Source: Azolla caroliniana
Lineage: Eukaryota; Plantae; Polypodiophyta
Length of the DNA: 64,000 nt
NCBI GenBank assembly: GCA_043228905.1
Contig: JBHGNT010000001.1
Location: forward strand, 32,054,001-32,118,000
Direction: 5' to 3'
Below the pieces are notes generated by a model, which was not told the origin of the DNA, made no database searches, and was given only the letters and a program-made list of their open reading frames with translations. Both the position numbers and the translations under genes were made by a program. Below, one piece after another: positions 1 through 14,116 of this stretch (within the stretch, counting starts at the first letter, position 1; each line of letters starts with the position of its first letter).

Positions 1-3000
1 TCTGCTTCTTGATCCTGTTATAGTAAAGACACGATCCACTTTTTATGATCATCCATGGTGTTGCATTTGGATTGAGAATGGGAACTTGATCAGTTCCAAT
101 GAAAAATGCCATTTTTGTTTTACCCTTGTATCAACACAAAAATGTTTTCTTCTATACACTGGAATGTATCTTCCCTTGTCCAAGGGCTTGACGACATTAC
201 TGGTTAATGATGCAAATTTTACCTTAAGATGAGTATTCAAAGCAGCCAATTGCATTTCTGCATTCTCAGCTTTGGTGTGTGCAGCATTTAGCTCTCTTTC
301 CTGAAGACCAGAAACCAATTAGCAAATGGACAATATAATCACAAAAGATATACAGACATACCTTCAAAGCCATTGCAGAACTGAAATCTGCCCTGAGTGA
401 ATCTTCCCGTGCTTGGGCTTGCTTCGCGGCCAATTCCTGTGCAGTAGAAAGCTTTATCATGGCCTCTCTCGCATCCTTCACTGCAACGTCATGCTTTCTT
501 CTCCATTCAGATGCTTCTTCTTTTGCAGCCTCTGCTTGTTCCCGAGCAGCAGCAAGTCTTGCCTCAGCAGAGCTGCATCGGCTTTTCAATGTTGCGTTTT
601 CTCCAACAATGCGCTCTTCGTCTGCCTTTCGGGAAGACAACAAGTGGTCATATTTAGTTCGCCAATCAGAAGCCTCCTTCCTTGTTACTTCAAGTTCATA
701 AGAAAGATTTGCTGCACTTTCTTCCAAAGCACTATACTTGTTCTGAAGAAGGCTATATCTCGATTCAGATTCCTCTGAGGATGACTTATGCTCTAACCCT
801 AATGTTTCAAATCTCTTCTTCCATTCCTGTACATCTCTCTGAGAAGAATCTAACTGCTTTCCAAGCAGCATTAACCTATCTTCCAGAGAACGACATTTAA
901 GCTGAAGTGCAGCGTTATCATTAGCCTTCTGATCATTTAACTTCTTTACCAGGTCTAATAAAGGACCGTCAAAGCTGTTATAAAGGTCAACAGAAGCAGA
1001 AAGTCACAAATTGATACTACAGAACTTTCAGATTGTGCAAGCAAAACTTTAATATTTTAAACAAAAAACTATCTACAAAACCACTAGGACTACAAATAAC
1101 TCTCTTTTTAATACAGCCACATGTCTGTTCTTGTTATTGCTTCATCTGTTCTTGTTACAAACCTTTGCTGCAAAAACTTTGCCATCTTTTTCCATTTTGT
1201 AGGTCCAAAAGTGTTTTTTTCATAATCTACGAGCAGTCCATTGAGAACCTGCGATCATTATGAATAATAATAGCACCCTCAAAACCTTTTCTTCAAATAA
1301 ATAGATGCATACAAAACAATGACCCATCTCAAAAAGAAATTAATATCTAAAATGGTCTATGGTAAGTAAGGTTATACCATATTGTCCCAATTTCCAGTTT
1401 ATTTAAACCATAAAAACAATAAGGAAAGATCTACATCAGCAATACATAAAAAAACTAGGATTAAAGACTACCTGATATAAAGACTCTTGTGGGTATAATA
1501 TAGTTCTAATGTGATATATCATGTTTACAGGAAGTCTGCATAAAGGAATACAACGCATCTGTTACTAAAAAACATGGGATTTCCTCATAACGATGTCGAT
1601 GCTTGCTTAAGTGGCCACTCTTCAGAACAACAGTAACACACATCCATCGTTAGTGTCTACCTCTATCTCATCTAAAAGATTATCATGAGCTATGAGTGAG
1701 TCTACTATCTGGTGCTACACGCAGTGTGAGTTTATCTCCACATCCAATATAAAGACAAAGATTGCTTTAGAGATGATTAAAACAATGTCAGGATTCTTAT
1801 CTCAGCCTATATGCAGTATGAAGAATGATGCTACTCACCTAAGCCTTCCGGCACAGTGGATGCAGACAGCAGCATACTTCGGTATCATGCTGAATGAAAG
1901 TCTTCCAGACTGGCCTCATTACAGGGTATGGAACTGGAGCAAACTTAACAAAGCCATTTTGACTTCTACTTAGAAGGTAAGTGGATCCGATTACTTTGGG
2001 AAGCTGTCATGCGGTCATACCAAGGTATTGCCCTCTGAATTCCCCAAAATATCTTATTGTCAGCTCAATATATTCTATTGATGCCATCCACAATCTTGAT
2101 TTTCATGTAACTACCAGACATCAGTATATATTGCCATTTTATAAGCAGCATGGGCAATGGTTTTCTGTGCCATTTTGTGTCTTCTTTGTGTCTTCTTGCC
2201 TTTATCGGCTAATAGAAGGACTGCTTAAATTTGCATCATCACATGTTCTCTGTTATTGTAAGTCTGTATGTTATTATGGTTGGTGTGCAGCTACAATTAA
2301 CTATATCAGAGCACAGTAATTAATTAGCAAGTCAGTCTGAGTTCTAAGAGGGGGGGTGCACAATCTCACAACCTATTGTGACTTGATGTAGTCGGATGAG
2401 AGGATCAGCTCTTAAAAGATCAACACGAATATTGGGCTGTCAATAGCTGAGAGAAAAACCCCACCTAGACAAAGAGATCACTGCTGTTGTAACACTGCGA
2501 AGTCTTTAGGAGACCGTCATCACAAACTATTTAATGATTACTCTTAAGACTGCCAAATAATTTTACGCCTCTCATCATTCATTATGCAGATCCTATTACT
2601 GTGCTAGTGTTCCTGTATTCTTCTCACTCTCACCTAACATTAGGTATATCTTCCTCTTGGGTTCAGATAAGCCTGTGCCCCTGTACTTCAACTATGAAAA
2701 TTATATATTTTGTTTGATGTTGTAAACTGGGAAATATTGAATTCACAAGTATCCCTGCTTCTTTGAATAAAGACAATGGTTAGCATTAAAAGCAGCAGCT
2801 CAACATTATACCTAGAACAAATAATACAGAGTACTTACTTGCAACACTTGATTGACATTTGCAGAAGGAGAACGACAAGCCGCTCGGAATTTCTCATCCA
2901 TGTTTTCCATTGCATGAACACACTTCATTTCAGCTTCAATAGACAGTTTATGTCTGTACTCCTAGAGGACAATGAGATACTATCAATCCACAGTTACCAT

Positions 3001-6000
3001 GATGTTAACAGTAAATGTAGATGTTGAACTCACCTCATATCTCTTCTTCAAATCGGTTGCTAGTAATTTCTCATGCTTGAGTCGTGAAGCTCCTAAGCCA
3101 ACTGCTTCCCTGTTATAAACATCCAAGGCACCTTGCAATGCTGTTTCATGAGCTTCTTGCACAATTTCCTGTGTTTTGGCAGAAGTTTCAGTTATAATTT
3201 ACACATATGCACCATCAAAAACCGCCAACAAAAGGGTATTTACCACATCATTAGAATGCAACTTGAACATTTTTTCATAAGCCTCTATTGCTGCATCGTG
3301 AGCGCGCCGGCATTCGTTTTCTTCCACATTCTGTTATCCCAAGAAAAGATACATTCAGCATAAGTTTTGAAAATATATGCTGCAGCACTAGATCTGAGTA
3401 GTCTGCTATAATGAAACCTGCCATGATGTCGCAATTGTTGGCACTGCACCAGCATTGAGTGCATCTAGAAAAGATTGCGTGAGGCCTGCTAACAAGGGGC
3501 CAGTCATTATGGTAGATCCAACCTGCTTTGGTCTAGTCCTCTCAAAAATGAATCTGGTTAATGTCTCTAGACCACTACGAAACTCAGGCCGCAACCTCTC
3601 TAACTGCCAAAAAGTATGAACATAGATAAAAAGATCTGACATATAATATTGTGTGAATGGAACACAATAGCTGACCACTTATCAAAAACGTTATCAAACA
3701 GCAGAGATTGTTGATTCATCTTTCAGCCAGTATGATGCACTCACAGAGATTTTATCCAGCCTCTGAAGATCACGCTCATCATTAAGTGGTCGAACCAGTG
3801 GAAAACAGTCACGATCAGGGAAGAGTGCGCGAATTGATTCCCGTATCTAGAGATAAAATCAATCATAAGACAAATTCAACCTCAGAAAAGGAACAAGCCA
3901 AATCCCCTTCAGAAAAAAGTGAGCAGTATCTCTACACAAGCCAATCTCTTTTGATTTAACGGGTACAAACTGAAAAAAAGAACATTTCAGAAACCTCATT
4001 TTTAGCTGCAACTGCCTTCCCATTTCCAGACATTGGCTGCAATGCTGATTCAAGGTATTCTCGAGGTGTGATCCTTCGCCCATCCTCTGTCAAGTCTAGA
4101 TAGAAGTCCTGTGCCAGTATTCATCAAATGAGAAGACCATACAAGTAGATAATTCTTGCATATAAAGTGAAAAGCAAACCTACCACATTGCCCTTCTAAA
4201 TTATGAACATGCATACTCTCACATTTACACATATGCTACACCTTTTTCTACACATTCTAGAGTACATACAACATAGCAGCTGTATGCATGATAAAATGTG
4301 AACAAGAAGCGAAAGAGTGTGTTGCAGATACTACATTTGCAAAAGTTGGAACACAAGAGACTGAAGATATATCCAGCAAAAATAATTACTAATTAGACAA
4401 AGATCTAGCTCAAACTAATCTGTTTTAACTTCTCAAGAAACCTCATTTAATTAATGATGGGGGAAAACATAGTTTGGAAACTTGAAAGTAGAGAAAAACG
4501 TTTGACAAATGCTCCATTTAATAGAACATTCAAATCTGGTTAGATAAATTCCAGGCCTATTAGACCATCCAAGAAGTAGCGTTCACACTTGTGTTTGTGG
4601 AAACCGTAGAAAATCACCATATGGGCAAAGATATCAAGCTTGAACCCACAAGTTATATGTTATGAAGCCCAAGCTTTATTACGATCTACATTCTCACATG
4701 GAAAGAAAAAAAGGTGTTGGCAATATATGCTCTCTAACTTCGACAATTAGAAATGATAATACTTTTGCATGGGTTGGATATTCCAGATTTTCTTTACACT
4801 AAAGACAGGAAACATCTCCATTAGAACCAGGAACAGCTAAAACATGTCCGTTTTAATGTCATGTGACGTGTTAAAAGGAGTCACTTATATTTTTCTACAA
4901 CTATCAGTTTTCCTCATAATTCAAGGAGAAGAAATAGATTATGGATATTCTAGGTTTTCTTTACACTAAAGACAGGAAATGTCTCCATTGAGACCACGAT
5001 CAACTGAAACATGTCTTTCTTAATGACATGTGACATGTTAAAAGGAGTCACTTTCATTTTTCTACAACTATCAGTTTTCCTCAAAATTCAAGGAGAAGAA
5101 ATAGAAGTTATCATTTCTGAGCTCTTGCATTGCTCAATGCTCACTGCATTATTTTTTATAATAGCCTCTGCCCTCTTAGGTTCACAAAAGAAGTATGCTC
5201 GATGCCCACAGCATTACTTTTATAAGCTTGCCAGTATTGTTTTTATAGTACTGTCAAGTAGTCAGCATGGCACAGGTGTCCCAAGCAGCACTTATCTTTA
5301 TCTTGAGACAAATTCTGTTATGTAGTAAGCACTGGTGGAATGATAATGTGGAGAACACCATTTTCTATTGAAGGTTTTAACTAAATAAGCAAAGAAATAC
5401 AAAAAAACTGAAAGAAATCTTCTCTAGATTTCGGCTAATAATATTTGAGCTGATTCAACTACCCGCAATAGCCATAAGAAGATTGGAGAAAATTGTCCCA
5501 GTTCTGCAGCTGATGTGTGGCCTTGAGAAGCTCTCACACGAATATGCTTTGTCATCTCAGTGACAAGAGATAATCTATCCAAAGCTGCTTCATCAATGCC
5601 TCCCATCTGCATATAAACATTAAAATTTCAAAACTAGTCTCAAGGAGATGAAACAAAAAATGTAACTCAAATCTAAGACTAACCTGATTGTAAACAAACA
5701 TGCTGGATAGAAGCACAGCCAGAGAAAATATTTGTGTACTATATGTGCCCTGTATACAAAAAAAAGATCAATAAATCCTATGCTGAAGGTAAAGTTTTAC
5801 TTATTAAATAGAGCATACATAAACATACTGTTTGATCATAAGCATCAATGCCTTCTGTATCAAGAAGCAAAAGGCTGTATTCAGTTCCATCAGCAGCAAT
5901 TCTTTTCAAAGGAGTACTCCACATCCATAGGCCCTTTGTGCATGGTCTATGTGTTGAAGCTACTTGAAACCCACTGCCTCTTCCTAAAAGCTATAAAGAA

Positions 6001-7439
6001 TAAAAGAAATTAAAATATATTGAAGAAAGCAAGTGTGGAATTGAATAAATAAAATATACATATATTGACACCTATATCAGTATCTATACCTATACCTATA
6101 CTTGCTCTTGCAATCATACAAATGTGTACGCTTCACTGACAAACAAAATTAAAGTTTAAATGCTTCCATTTCCTTCATTTAATTTAATTGAATGAAGTTT
6201 TCAGAATATACATATACATATATTCAAACATGCACATATATATATCATTTCGGATATAGCATCTACACCTTTTCCTTAGAATGCAAAATCAACCATCCTA
6301 TAATCCTTGAAACAACTTTGTTTTCTGATTGAATGAAGTCTTCAGAATTATTTATGCATACACATATGTAGCATTTCTTTCAGATATGCAAAACCGTCCA
6401 CTTAATTGATTTTGCAGGGGATTTGTCTTTTGCTGTCCACGGTTGATATGCAAGATGGAGTACTTACCTAGGGCAGAAGAACTGGGGGGGTGTCAGTTCT
6501 TTGCAGATAACACACAGGGAAACATGATCCTCACACTCATAAATTCAATCATGTTTCCTTTCTTACTCCTACAGGCTGTTTCAAAGTTTCTCTAAGTATG
6601 GTAATGTCTATCAGGAAGAGGTATCAAGTAACACAAACAGCCACATACTGTTTTTAACATCGGCATGCATCATTTTTGGTATAATTGTAATATGGGAGAC
6701 TTGGTGGTCATAAATGTGATGTTCTACAACAAGATTTCTTGTCATGGGATTTAATTCATCCTCCATAGCTTTTGAAAGGCATATCCAGGTTTATAAGACA
6801 TCAAGAAGGGTCTTAGATCACTTCCTTCAAGTCATAGTACATATGAAAGGCCATCCTAGGAAGTTATCGTTTGAAAGAAATACCAGAACAGCAAATGTTT
6901 CGACTTTGGAATAACAAAAAACAGGTTTTTCTCATCATATTCTCCAATTCAATTTTTCGTCTGGTCATTCCTGGGGAGATGCCTGGGCATGGATCTTGCC
7001 AAATTGGGTGGAAATTTATGTGCACAACATCAGCATTCAGGAATATGTATGTTTGTGTGCATTTTTCTTGTAGTTAACCCCATCCTGTCACAATATATGT
7101 GCAAGCCCCGTGACTTTTGAAAAGATTCTAAACAAGATGCACGAAGCAAAGAATGCTAAACGTTTCTTTGTTACATACCTGGTTCAAGATAAAGCTCTTT
7201 CCTTGTCGGGCTCGACCACAAACAGAGACGACACCAAGTGGTCCTTTGACGAGCTGAAGGGCGGCAACAGCTTCCGGATCCATCTTGAACCTACCTCTCT
7301 CATCACACAAAACCAGCCTTAAAGCCTTGGCAGGGACTCCTTCCCCTCCCACACTCTCGAAAGAGGACGTGGGGTTTCCCGAATCTGCGTCATCTGGCTT
7401 TGCTCTTCCGCCGCTGCGAAGTCCAAACATCTGCATCAT
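1..7439 (-). CDS. GBPL3: Guanylate-binding protein-like GTPase with C-terminal coiled coil (GBPL3/At5g46070-type); 3' end lies outside the window
   Basis: GT-AG exons in consistent phase: 7439-7179, 5990-5829, 5749-5684, 5606-5463, 4108-3995, 3846-3745, 3603-3418, 3330-3244, 3168-3034, 2961-2839, 1248-1163, 974-362, 300-223, 14-1. GBP motifs GRARQGKS (P-loop), PCTKGLWMW, LLDTEG, WLLRDF and LFPDRDCF, followed by a long heptad-rich helical exon. Orthology to GBPL3 is inferred from the architecture. Confidence 0.93.
4775..5110. repeat. Intronic tandem duplication, about 167 bp x2
   Basis: TGGATATTC..TTTCTTTACACTAAAGACAGGAAA...TCAAGGAGAAGAAATAGA occurs at 4775-4941 and again at 4942-5110 with scattered mismatches. 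Confidence 0.85.
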
Positions 7440-7560
7440 CTTCTTTGCTTCTTTATTCCTCCTTCCTTCTTGCCAACCCCCTTCGAAATGGGAAACTGCA
7501 AGATTTTACCTTCTGCACAAACGTTTCAAGGAATAGAAGGTTCAAAACTTGTAGAGCGTC

Positions 7561-7595
7561 AGAGAGAGAGAGAGAGAGAGTGTGTGTGTGTGTGT
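7561..7595. repeat. (AG)n(TG)n microsatellite in the GBPL 5' region
   Basis: Directly visible. Confidence 0.9.
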
Positions 7596-7856
7596 GGAAA
7601 AGACAAGCAGTGTGAAGAGAGGGGCGTGGAGGAGGAGGAGACGAAATTCGAGCGGAAGGAAGCAGAAAAAGAATTCAGATCGACAGAGAGAGGGAGAAAC
7701 ACCTGAGACAGGAGCGTCTCTTTCTCACTGTGCCTCTGTGTTTTGTGTGTGTTTTGGGGAAGGAGTGAGCGAGAGAGAATAAGTGAACCTGGAAGTGAAG
7801 AAGTGGTGAAATCACGTTATTTCTCCGAGCTTACATGTCTTTTTACTTGGAGGAGC

Positions 7857-7905
7857 ATAGACTAGTAGTAGTAGTAGTAGTGTGTAGTAGTAGTAGTAGT
7901 AGTAG
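7857..7905. repeat. (TAG)n microsatellite
   Basis: Directly visible. Confidence 0.9.
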
Positions 7906-9499
7906 TGCTTCTCTTCTATTTTTACCTCGGGCCATAGCGGACATATGTACATATGTATCCTGACATCCCGTGTTACTTTTGCTGAGGTATATACATAGTT
8001 GTTGTATACACACGGTAGCAAGACCTCGTAACCATTGCAGTGTGTTAGGTCTTGCTTTTGTTCATCCTTTCTTCTGCTAAGGAGTCGCGAGCATTTGGTG
8101 GTAGAGTCGTAAACGATCGCCAATGCAATTGGCCCTTGATGCTCTCGACTTAGGCTGGCTTCACATGAATATTGTAGAGAATAGGGGATGCGAGAAACGT
8201 TTTTGGCGAAATTATTGTTGTTTTTGCAAACTATTTGAAATTTTAAATTCACGCTTACACGTGAATATATATTTTCTGTGTGGAAAGGTTTTTCTATTCT
8301 ATGGAAATTCATGTATACATGTAACGTCACTTAGAAACCAAAATTAGGTGACTATATAGAAATATATGAGATGATATATAGTAATACTTTTTCATTTATT
8401 AGTATGTTTCTATAAAGGACATTCATTAGTATGGACAACACATTATATATGAGAATCACTCACACGTACATAGTGCACTAAAAACGTGATCGATTACGTG
8501 TTTTCAATAATCAACTAAACTTGAATGAACAAGAGGGATAGGCTAAGATCCAAGATCATTGCCTCCCTGGGCTAGGCCAATAGTTGCCAACTTGCCACTA
8601 TAATTGGCATGGTTAAACCAAGAGTCAATGCATGATTCTTTTGTACCCATGGAGCAAACATAAGTCGTAGTTGAATAGCAAAATACGGTGCATACAAAGT
8701 ATGTATGATCATTGATGAGTGAGAGATATTAGTTTTAGTATACCCTACATAGTTTTGCTTAATAAATTTTTTGAATGAGAAACGACAAGCAATCACCATA
8801 TACTGTTTAAAGAATAGGTATATATTTGGTCGAATGTTAATAAGTTATCTTTCATAATTATATATTGTTCTCCTGGTCCACAATGACTAACAATATATGC
8901 AATGTATTCCACTTCAACAACTAACTAAAAACAAGTTGTCTCTTGGCTTTCCATGATCCAATGACATTTGCGATGTTCACAACCTAACCTCACATTGTTA
9001 ATATTGTTGTGATCTAATACCCAACCACCATCCAAAATCCAATTGTTTCATTATTTGACTCCTCAAATGCATTCATATGTGGGTTTCCACATCATCAATA
9101 TGACGCACGAGTTGAAAATAGTGCGTGCATTGTTAATCATAAAAGCTAAAACCAAAACTGTTTTGAATTACTCTATATTATTGTATATGACAACCAATAC
9201 ATAGTATAGAGCAAGCATGATTCAAGACGTTGTTAGTCATGAATCAATATTTCATGCTCAAGGATTTCAAGCATTGGAACAACGTGTCATGGTAAATATG
9301 TCAACTACATTATCTTGACTCGAGATGCCAATGACTTTAATGTACCCTTCTCAATTTTCTCACGATGCATAATGGAGTTAAATTGCAATGTGTTGTGCTT
9401 GTTTATGAAATATCGTAGTTTGACTACCACAAAAAAGAGTTGTAGGATCCAAATTTTTAAGTTACTCAATACTCGAGCTTCTTCTCAACATCATTGCAT

Positions 9500-10620
9500 T
9501 GAGCGTGTTTGCAAATAAAGCTTTATATTTCTCTTCACAAGTCAAACTTGTTACGATGATTTATTTATTGCTTATTCAAGATACTGTTGAAGTACCATGA
9601 AGAAAACAAAATCCAAAGGTGGAATTATTTTGATATTCTTGATCTCGGACCCAATGTAAACCACAAAATACAACAATATTAGATTAGATATAAAACAAAG
9701 TAAAGTTTGAGACTAGTTTAGATCTCATGAATCTTTCCACTATTGTTTAATAAGAAGCTTGGGATTTCACATTCAACAACTAAAGCATAGATATTGTATA
9801 TTGAATGTATGGTCTAGTGTACCATAAGTAAAACAATGTACCAATGGCCTTTCTATACGAAGCAACATTGACGTCCTTTTTTCTTTCATAATTTTACAAT
9901 CAAAGTATAGATTTCTTCTTTTCTTCATCCACATAATGGAGCACTAGTATTGTATCAAGAACATAGCCTTGATCTTTCAGTTGCAATTGGGGATGCCACT
10001 GATCACGAGGAAATAATCTATGAATTTCATCAGTCACCTCGATCATGTTGCATCATGGTTGTTTCTTTACTCCTCGTTGGATTGTCGTTTCTCTTAGCAT
10101 TTTTACATCATTCCACCTCCCATTTGTTGCATAAATATTTGAAAGCAATATATACAACGCCCCATTATCGAGTTCCAAGAGATATATGTAATTTAAGGCC
10201 ATTTCCCCTCACTGGGTCTTGCCTAGATTTCTACATGCACCAAGAAGAGGGCCACATTGAGATTGCCACTTTTTCCAAATAAGACTACCATATGTCCATA
10301 AAGCAGGTAAAATGCGGTGTTCCTCAATAAACAAATAACACGTATAACTTATAATGCAATAGTAATTTATTAGATATTCATGAACATCCTTCAAATATTC
10401 ACGTCGTGTCATGTAAACCCCATCAATAGAATGTTTAACTTGATGTCAATAAAGTAGTGTAGTTTACCCTAATTTGACATAACAAATGTATTTCACAATA
10501 TTGATTCAACCTTTGCGACCAAATCCTTGTCATCACTTGTGAGAATAATGGCGTCCACGTGTAAACCATGAAAAGACATGGATAGTTGATTTTGTAACAT
10601 TTTTTCAGATTCATGAGAAT
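9500..10620 (-). mobile_element. Degenerate Ty1/copia reverse-transcriptase remnant, interrupted by a PPR gene fragment
   Basis: Minus-strand translations LHVDAIILTSDD (YVDD motif), FVMSN*GKLHYFIDI, GVYMTRREYLKDV and, after the insert, YRKAIGTLFYLWYTRPYI. Confidence 0.7.
9899..10375 (-). pseudogene. PPR E/E+/DYW-class gene fragment
   Basis: Translates as ...GPLLGACRNLGKTQ*GEMAL... and LYILLSNIYATNGRWNDVKMLRETTIQRGVKKQP*CNMIEVTDEIH...HPQ..LKDQGYVLDTILVLHYVDEEKKKSIL*. These match the E-domain, the PG box and the start of the DYW domain; stops and deletions are present. Confidence 0.82.
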
Positions 10621-10759
10621 AAAACAAGCACAGATATTTTAATATAAACACTAAGAACTAGAGGTAAGCCATGTAAAGCTTTTTGAAGTTTGTAAACATT
10701 GTTCTTTGTAACTCGCACCGCATACCCTTAAAAAGTTTTTTTTTCCAACAATGGTTTAT

Positions 10760-12230
10760 ATTATGTTTAAAGCGATTTACATGAAATTTTAGCATAAATT
10801 TTTACCCTTTCAACTGCTCTTGGATCGCTATAGACATACATATGTCCCAAAGCATTAGTAATAACAGTTATACATGGCCACATGCCTCGTGTCAGTGGAG
10901 GGAATACCCTGAGCGGTGATTGATACCTCCAATGTATACCACCATTAACCATGTTGAATACCTTCATCCTTTCCTATATCTTCTTAAAAACCTCTTGCCT
11001 TCGAAAGACTACATCTGAATCTCCTTTGATAGCATCATATTCTCCTTTTAGTGTATGCACCAAGGTTCACCCAAATCTCCTTGACTACATCCACAAGATT
11101 CCATTGAATTTGCTAAAATATCCTTCGACATCTACTAGTCCACAAAACCCATAAGGTTATTGAACTATCTACTTCATTTTGGACTAAATTAATAGGCATA
11201 GATGGCGACACTTCCTCAACATATCGACTTGTTGTATATAATGCAAAGTTAACCATTTATTTTTCATAATCTTGTACCTCACCCTTAATATCAACCCACA
11301 TCACTACCCCCCATTTATATATTCTAGAGCCATACACCTCACGTAAGAGACATAAAAACCTTTTCTAAACCAATATGGCAGCCATACATGACCATAATAG
11401 GTGATGAAGAGACTCCACTTCTAACCCACAAAAATCACACATCTTATCCACATATTTACAATACATCTAAACCCTAACAGGAACCGCATAATGAGCAATC
11501 AACCATCTAAATAGAATAATCTTCTTTGGAATTTGCATAGCCCATAGCCATTTCCAAGATGTTGTCACGTGAGTAGGATCAATATTATAAGTCAACCATC
11601 TTGTAGCTACTGTTGGCCAATGGAGTACCCTACGTTGTATCATCTCCCTTCCCAATTGAATGGAATATTGAAAAAACGGAACTGGCCTAACATACTCCCT
11701 AGAATATGATGTAGGTAGCCACTTCCATTCCCCTAGGTCCCATTCCAATTCACATAATGGTTTTTTCCCCACTACCCATAAATCCCACCATGGATGAACA
11801 TCAATAGGATCAAAGGTCAAGGACCCAAACCTTATCTACCTTAACTAGAATTCTAATAAGTTTTAATATAGCCTCAGTCGTAAGGTCACGAACTCCAAGT
11901 AGAATTTGAAAATAATCCTACCCACTTATGACAATTAGAAAGTATATTATCTTGCAAGGGTAACTACAACTTCCTTGACTCATCAACTATCACCTTTTCT
12001 CCTCTTATTCCTCTATACTCCTGTTGAATAATAAGAGTGGGTTTGTGAACAAAGTGTTGCCAATTACTAATCAATGAGGCAAAAGACGAGTCCACTTGAG
12101 CCCAATTTAATATGACCCTCCTCCCCAACATAGATCATTCAACATCTAGAAATAAAGGATTCCAAACCAATGGTTGATGAAACCATTCATCCATCGAGTC
12201 AACATAAAAATCTTCACTTAAAGTTTAAAT
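10760..12230 (-). mobile_element. Degenerate LINE (L1-like) ORF2 3' region
   Basis: WKWLWAMQIPKKIILFRWLIAHYAVPV followed by ..ESLHHLLWSC, the zf-RVT zinc-knuckle signature; boundaries approximate. Confidence 0.7.
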
Positions 12231-12633
12231 CATCACTTATGTCAGAGGACTATGCTCTACTTTCTGAAGCATAACCAACTATAATGCATCTGATAGTTTT
12301 TCTTGTTGAGCTCAGTGTTGCTTGCCTAATTGAATCGGGCAAGAGTTCACGATTTTGTATATATAGTGGGAAACAAATTCTATTTGGAACCAACATTTCG
12401 TTACAATAAAACATGAAATATAGTTATAGGATATATAAGAATAGTTAAGAAATACTATCATACAATATAATGATTTGATGCCACATTTTATAATAAAATA
12501 TAAAGTACATGCTTAGGGGAATATTGGTACATAACAATATGTAAAGTTGAATTAAAGCCAAAAGTATAAATTGTGCATGGTGCACGATCTTTGTAACTCT
12601 CTCTATATATGTATGTGTCATGAAGGTTATGAG

Positions 12634-13025
12634 TAACAATCGGCAACAGTTTGGTTTGGTTTGAGAAGGTCCAAACCGTTTAAATTTTGAAACCTGAACC
12701 AAACCAAACCAAACCAAACCGCGAAATTGTAAAACCATTAAACTGTAAAAACCGTGGTTTCGTGGTTCAATTTCGGTTTTCAACATAGGTCAAATTTTTA
12801 ATTTTTAATTTTTTAAAATTTATAATATTTCCTTATTTAGAATTTTTAAAATTTTAAAGATGTTCCTAAAATTTGAGAATAAGGTGTAAAAATGAAAAGA
12901 TTGTTTTAAAAAAATAAAAATAAAATTTTAGAATTTTTTTAAAAAACTTTTAAAATTTTAAACCATTAAACCGTTTAAACCGCGGTTTTGCGGTTTGGTT
13001 CGGTTCAAACCGTTGCCGATTGTTA
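12634..13025. mobile_element. hAT-type MITE
   Basis: Terminal inverted repeats TAACAATCGGCAAC...GTTGCCGATTGTTA; perfect 8-bp TSD GTTATGAG (12626-12633 and 13026-13033); subterminal AAACCG repeats. Confidence 0.92.
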
Positions 13026-13149
13026 GTTATGAGGTGAGATATTCTTGGGCTGAAAATTTTACATATTTGTATGGTGTGTGTGCATCTAAAGTGTGTTTGA
13101 TCTGGATTAAGAATATGTATTGAAATCTCAAGTGTGTGAGTCTAAAATC

Positions 13150-13545
13150 TAACGAAGGCATGACTATATAACATGCACTTCTAAGTTGAGGAGGAATATA
13201 GGTACAAGTTTTGAATCGACAATCTCTAAAACTAACCAACTTTAGATTTTTTATCAAACATGCTTCGTATGGAGTTGGGTCCTTTAATGTCCTTCTTGGC
13301 TTTCTAACAAATGTGAAATGGTTGGAAGGCACAATTGCTACCACTCTAAATTAGCCTTATTGCAACGTTTAGCAATTGTTGGTTAGACAACCTAACAAAT
13401 AGACCATTAAAGCTCAACAACAAGATAACAACATGCCAGGCAACATCTAAGTCATACGCTCGTCGAAACAACACAAATGCATTAGAGAGGTGTATGAGTG
13501 AATAAAGAGGGAACCAACTGTATGTGACTTTATTGGGATACAATC
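13150..13545 (-). mobile_element. Copia integrase remnant
   Basis: RKPRRTLKDPTPYEACLIKNLKLVSFRDCRFKTCTYIP resembles the copia NRxPTxxLxxxTPYE...FGCxAYVHIP segment. Confidence 0.55.
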
Positions 13546-14116
13546 AGTTAACTACATTGTAAATTGTGTTTCATTCTTTCTCATAGTCCTCTACTTACTA
13601 AGTTTACTTTGTACATATAGATTACACTAACTAAATTATTTTACAATTAAGGGACATGTCTAGTTTATATAATACTATTTTTTTAAGCTTTATATCCTAG
13701 AGTTGATACAATGTCCTATAATGTATAGCCACTTTATTAGTACAAAATTTACATGTGTGTGGGTTGTATAATTGCTATAGTTTTTGCGAAATTGGTTTAG
13801 TACTTATAACTTCATTCCATATATTCATATTTGATTTAATATTACTAACTTCACTCTAACATACAAATTTACAATAACCATATAATTAGTGCATTAATAT
13901 TGAGTTCATCCCACATAGTCATATGTAGATGGTTTTGTACTTATCTTTTCATCTGTCCAATGGTTCCAATGAACTCGGAAGAAAAATTACATTTGATCTT
14001 ACCATCATTTGCCCCCCCCCCCAACCTTTCAAATATTCAACTCGAGTTTTTACTCGCACCCAGTTTGTTTTGATTCTTTGGTGAGTTCCATGATTATCTA
14101 GCATCGTTATCTTTGA

